Shown here piece after piece: positions 59,896-64,000 of a stretch of 64,000 bases of DNA. How positions within the stretch are numbered: position 1 is the stretch's first letter; the number at the start of each line of letters is the position of its first letter. A model generated the notes under the pieces. That model was given only the letters and a program-made list of their open reading frames with translations. It did no database searches and was not told the DNA's origin. The stretch spans positions 186,001 through 250,000 of the forward strand of contig NIVC01000469.1 in the NCBI GenBank assembly GCA_002269645.1. Reading direction: 5' to 3'. The DNA comes from Macrostomum lignano. Lineage: Eukaryota. The position numbers and the translations under genes are program-made.

Positions 59896-60443
59896 CTTGA
59901 GCGACCGTGTTGAAATAAATGAAATTCTAATATTATTCATGTTACTCTATTGAGAGTAGAGGTCAAGAGGAATAAGTGTTATTGTGAATTTTATAAATTT
60001 CGATGAAAAAAGGCTCCAAAGCAAAAATAATAGCGATTTCAAATGCATAATCAGGATTCAGGAATACTCGTATCAAACAAAAACTGTGCAATAAGATAGA
60101 ATGCGAAAAAAACAGTGCAATGAAGACAGGATTATGGGAAACGCTACACCGCGATCATCAGTTTTGCGTAAGCAATTCATCCAGCCTCCCAGACCGCCGC
60201 CGCCCACCCTGTGAGCTGAGCAACCAGCTGAGCTGTCCGACCTAGAATTTCGGAGTTCCAGCGCCCTTGACTCGTCATATTTTTTCCACTCAGATTTCCG
60301 GTCTGTCACTATGAAGCAACAAACTCCCTACTCGAACTGGGATGGACGACAACGGATGTGAAAGCAGCGGCAGAGTTGGGGATAAAAAATAGAAAACAGA
60401 GCCCTCCCGCTGAGTTTCGAGTGTTACGCTGCTATGTATGCTG

Positions 60444-60569
<126 letters not shown>

Positions 60570-60570
<1 letters not shown>

Positions 60571-60760
60571 CTCTCCTAATACTAAAACCGACGCGATGTT
60601 TGTCTGTCTGTATGTCTGTCTGTCTGTATGTAGCAAGTGAACTCCTACAATTCTGCCAAGTCAACGTCGAAACTTATATGGGAAAACTGCAAATTTTCCG
60701 GAGCAGGCTTTAGGCTATTTTAATTTTTAATTTTCACATTTTAACATCCCTAAAAAAGCA
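60570..60760 (+). mobile_element. Possible non-autonomous Helitron/Helentron (DINE/Lep1-like) 5' part
   Basis: CTAATACTAAAA start, internal (TGTC) microsatellite, AACTCCT...AAACTT...TAGGCTATTTTTA layout; a similar layout occurs at 62420. Confidence 0.4.
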
Positions 60761-61789
60761 GAAAACTGCTTTTTTAACCCCCAATAACCTTCTTTGGTCA
60801 CTCTGCCTGGGGCTTCAGCCAGTTTGTAAAAATAGCCACCCCAACCTCCGCCCGCGGGCCGCTGTGTATTGAGGGGTGGTGGGTGCGCGTGTTCTGCGTT
60901 CAATGCAAATAAAACCCCCGCGTGTTGGGGGGTTAAGTTCAATTTAATGATTCCCCCAGACTGGGGGTTGGGCTTGGGCTGAGTGTACATAGCAGTTGTA
61001 CAGTGTAAATAGATAGACTGTGTCGAGATTCATTTGGTTTTATTATTGGCAGCCCTGTGTATTAGTTTGGCAGTGAAATTCAATGAATAAACTTGCGAGC
61101 TTCTCTAGCAAGCAGTCGGGAAATCGGTAAATTTCAAACGCTAACTGTTCCTCGAGTTTTAAACTTTGAGAGGAGAGACTTATATTGCTGGAAAGATCTT
61201 GCAACGCTGAGTTTGGGGATATAAGTTGTTTGCTTTATATATGAAAAGAAAAAGCACAGCATTTGAAAAACTATTTTCATACTTTTAACTTTCTGCAAAG
61301 ATTGTACTTAGTTTTGCGAGACGTAATAGATAAAGTTGGGGGAGGGTTCAACTTCTCACTGCTGCTGTGTATTGGAGGGTTGATTTAGATTGCGCAACTG
61401 TTTATTTAACTTTAAATAAGACTGATACTGTCTGACTGAGAAATGGTTTGCGCAATTAATTGATTCAATTAATTCAACACGCAGCTCTGTGCAGCTCGAA
61501 CCCTAACCCTAACCAATGAATTCTGAAAGTTAAGTTCTTTTTGACAGAGAAAATTTCGATTGAGTCCAGTTTCACGGAGTATTCTGATGGTTTTCGGTTT
61601 CACGGAGAGGATTTATTTTTCGTGGAGAGAATTTAGATGTATTTCTGTTTTACGGAGACGATTTTGATGGATGTCAGTTTCACTCAGAGGATTTCCATGG
61701 AGCCCAGTTTCACGGAGAGGATTTCTGTTTCGCGGAGAGGATTTCTGTTTCACGGAGGGATTTTGATGGATTTGGTATCTTCAGTCAGT

Positions 61790-62225
61790 CAGTAAAGAGA
61801 GTAAAGAGAAGAGTGAAAAGAGAAGAGAGAAGAGATTATAGAAAAGAGAGTAGAGATGAGAGAGGACAGATTAGACATGACAGATGGGAGAGAAGAGGGG
61901 AGTAAGGCGGGAACGAAGAGGGAGAGAGAAGAAAAGAGGAGAGAGGAGATGAGAGGGAATATATGAGATAGCAGAGGGAGACAGGAGAGATGAGAGGAGA
62001 GAGAAGAGAGGAGCTGAGAGTAGAGGAGAAAGAAATAGTGAGATGAGGCATGAGGGATGAGAGATGAGAGAGGAGAGAAGAGAGGAGAGAGGAGAGAGGA
62101 GAAAACAGGGGATAAAGGAGACAGAAGAGAAAGACGAAAGACGAGGGAGAAGAGATAAATAAGGTGGTAGAGATGAGAGACGTGAGAGGAGAGAAAAGAG
62201 AAGAGAGGAGACAGAAGAATCTGAG
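61790..62225. repeat. GA-rich low-complexity sequence (also 63630-64000)
   Basis: Direct inspection. Confidence 0.85.
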
Positions 62226-62419
62226 TCTGGACAATGGCAGTCAGTTTTTGCGAACAGGGAAAACAAGATATGGTATTTGAAAGGCTTTACAGAGGATTTG
62301 GAGATGATTTGGAAGATGGGATTCAAGTCATGGAATTTCAGCTGATGGATTTCAGGGAATGGAATTCCGGTGATGGGAGTTCTTCCCCTTTCTCCTCCAG
62401 AGGAGGAGTTGGCCTCGTC

Positions 62420-62720
62420 TAACTATAAAAATCAAAACTCTGTGTGTCTGTGTGTGTGTGTGTCTGTGTGTGGACAATTTTGATCGCTATGGACTCCCAA
62501 ACCACTCAACCAAATTACACCAAACTTTACACCCACCCTAAACTTACTACGGAGAATGTCTTAGGCTACCTTTTAATTTCCTAAATTTGAGTCTTCCTAC
62601 CTAAAAGTGCAAAAAACTGCTCAAAATGCGCAATTTTTTCACTAAATCCTCCATAGCGCCGCTCCACTTCTACCGATTCTCTTCAAATTTGACACAGATA
62701 ATCTTAAACTATTTTGGCAC
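62420..62720 (+). mobile_element. Possible non-autonomous Helitron/Helentron-like element
   Basis: CTAACTATAAAAATCAAAAC, (TG)n microsatellite, ACTCCCAAACCACTCAACCAAATTACACCAAACTTT...TTAGGCTACC layout. Confidence 0.4.
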
Positions 62721-64000
62721 AATCATGTAAAATTTCAAGTCTCAAAGTTAATCCTGAGCGGTGCTGTGCACTTTTAAAATTAGGCTGTTTTTTTCAGCGT
62801 AGCAACCACCCCAACCTCCACCCGGCTGCCTCTCTTTCCCGATCTGGGCAAAGGGTGCAAATAGGTTTTTAAATGACTAACTTTGGGCTGCCATAAGTTT
62901 GCTTCACGTGAAGCGAATAACTTCAAATTTGACACGATTTTTCATTAACTTATTCTCTGTCTAAATGTAAAGTCTCAACTCTGTATCTCAATCAGGACGG
63001 AAACTGTAAGCATGTGAAGTTTGTCTGCTTTTTCTGTTGTTTGTGCCACTCACTCCTCATTCCCCCAGAGCCAGACGAAGGGTCAGCGATAGGGCTCAAT
63101 GTACATAGCAAATGTACAGTGTTTTGGAATAACTTTTTAATAGCCTTCTCTGTACCCCCGCGAGTGGAGAGGCGTTGAGGGGAGAGAGTTTAGCGAGAGA
63201 TTCAAACTTACTGTCCTCTGTATAGACAAGTCGAAGCAGTTAAACAAGGATAGCAAATCAAGGCGATGTGGGATGGTTAAAAAAAATAGCGAAAAATTAA
63301 TGAATAACTGATTACAATGCAATCCTACTAAATTAGTTACACCATGAAAATTTTAACATTAAGATTCGCATAAGGTAACTTTAAAATTTAAATGGCCTCC
63401 TAAGAAATGCGTATTTCCTTGGTTGTTAGACTGATGCAGACTGCAGTGGAGCTGAAGATACACAAATTCTTTTCAGGGCTTGCAAATTGGCAAGAAAGAT
63501 GACATGATCAAAGCATGAGAACAGCCATGAGAGTACTACGTCCCAAAAACTGGCTTTCCAAGCAGGAATGGGCAGACTTTTACCTCAAAGGCCAGAAAAG
63601 AATCCTGCTTATGGCTGAGGGGCAGTTGAGAGTGGAGAGAAGAAGGAATAGACTATTCGAAAAGAGAGGAGAGGTGAGAGAGAGAATAAGAGAAAAGATA
63701 AAAGATAATAGGAGATATGAGGGAGTGAGGACGATGAGAGGAGAGAGTAGAGAGGAGCGGGTAGAGAGGAGAGAGCAGAGAGCTGCAGATGAGAGGAGAG
63801 CAGAGAGAAGAGCAGAGAGGAGTTAGTAAAGAGGAGAAAGGAGAGATGAGAGAGTAAATGGAACTTGGAAGAGAGAAGAGATAAGGTTGTACAGATGAGA
63901 GAGGTGTAAAGAGAGATGAGATGAGAGATGAGAGATAAAGGAGGAGAGGGGAGAGAGAAGAGACGAGACAAGAGAGGGAGAGAGTATATAGAAGAGGGAA

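Noticed and set aside
60073-60309. 78-aa ORF upstream of the first visible filamin exon
   Set aside because: No calponin-homology or Ig motif, no ATG at its start, and no convincing splice pair
61501-61514. CCCTAACCCTAACC telomere-like motif
   Set aside because: Only about two units; expected by chance

Overview
This is metazoan genomic DNA, not prokaryotic: GT-AG introns, GC-rich exons in an AT- and repeat-rich background. The style resembles a free-living flatworm such as Macrostomum, which is an inference. The ORF track's TTG/GTG starts and repeat-derived ORFs are mostly artefacts. Left end: 5' part of a histidyl-tRNA synthetase gene directly downstream of an intronless RPL38, both on the minus strand. 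3.5-13 kb: a dense cluster of non-autonomous DNA transposons, several with intact TIRs and TSDs. 11-25 kb: a minus-strand cluster of intronless orphan genes. It holds two paralogous ~450-aa helical proteins starting Met-Gly (one split by a 1.3-kb hAT element whose removal restores a 457-aa ORF) and two paralogous secreted prepropeptide genes sharing an NSKR..G(I/L)LGG(M/I)LKR core (one intact, one with two compensating indels). 35.8-36.8 kb: a plus-strand orphan 324-aa disordered ORF. 39-60 kb: 16 phase-consistent exons of a filamin gene on the minus strand. It has about 18 Ig repeats, apparently lacks repeats equivalent to human 20 and 22, and has a 1-nt frameshift in the last exon. Most of its introns carry their own tandem repeat, and one contains a nested, catalytically dead neprilysin (M13)-like retrocopy.
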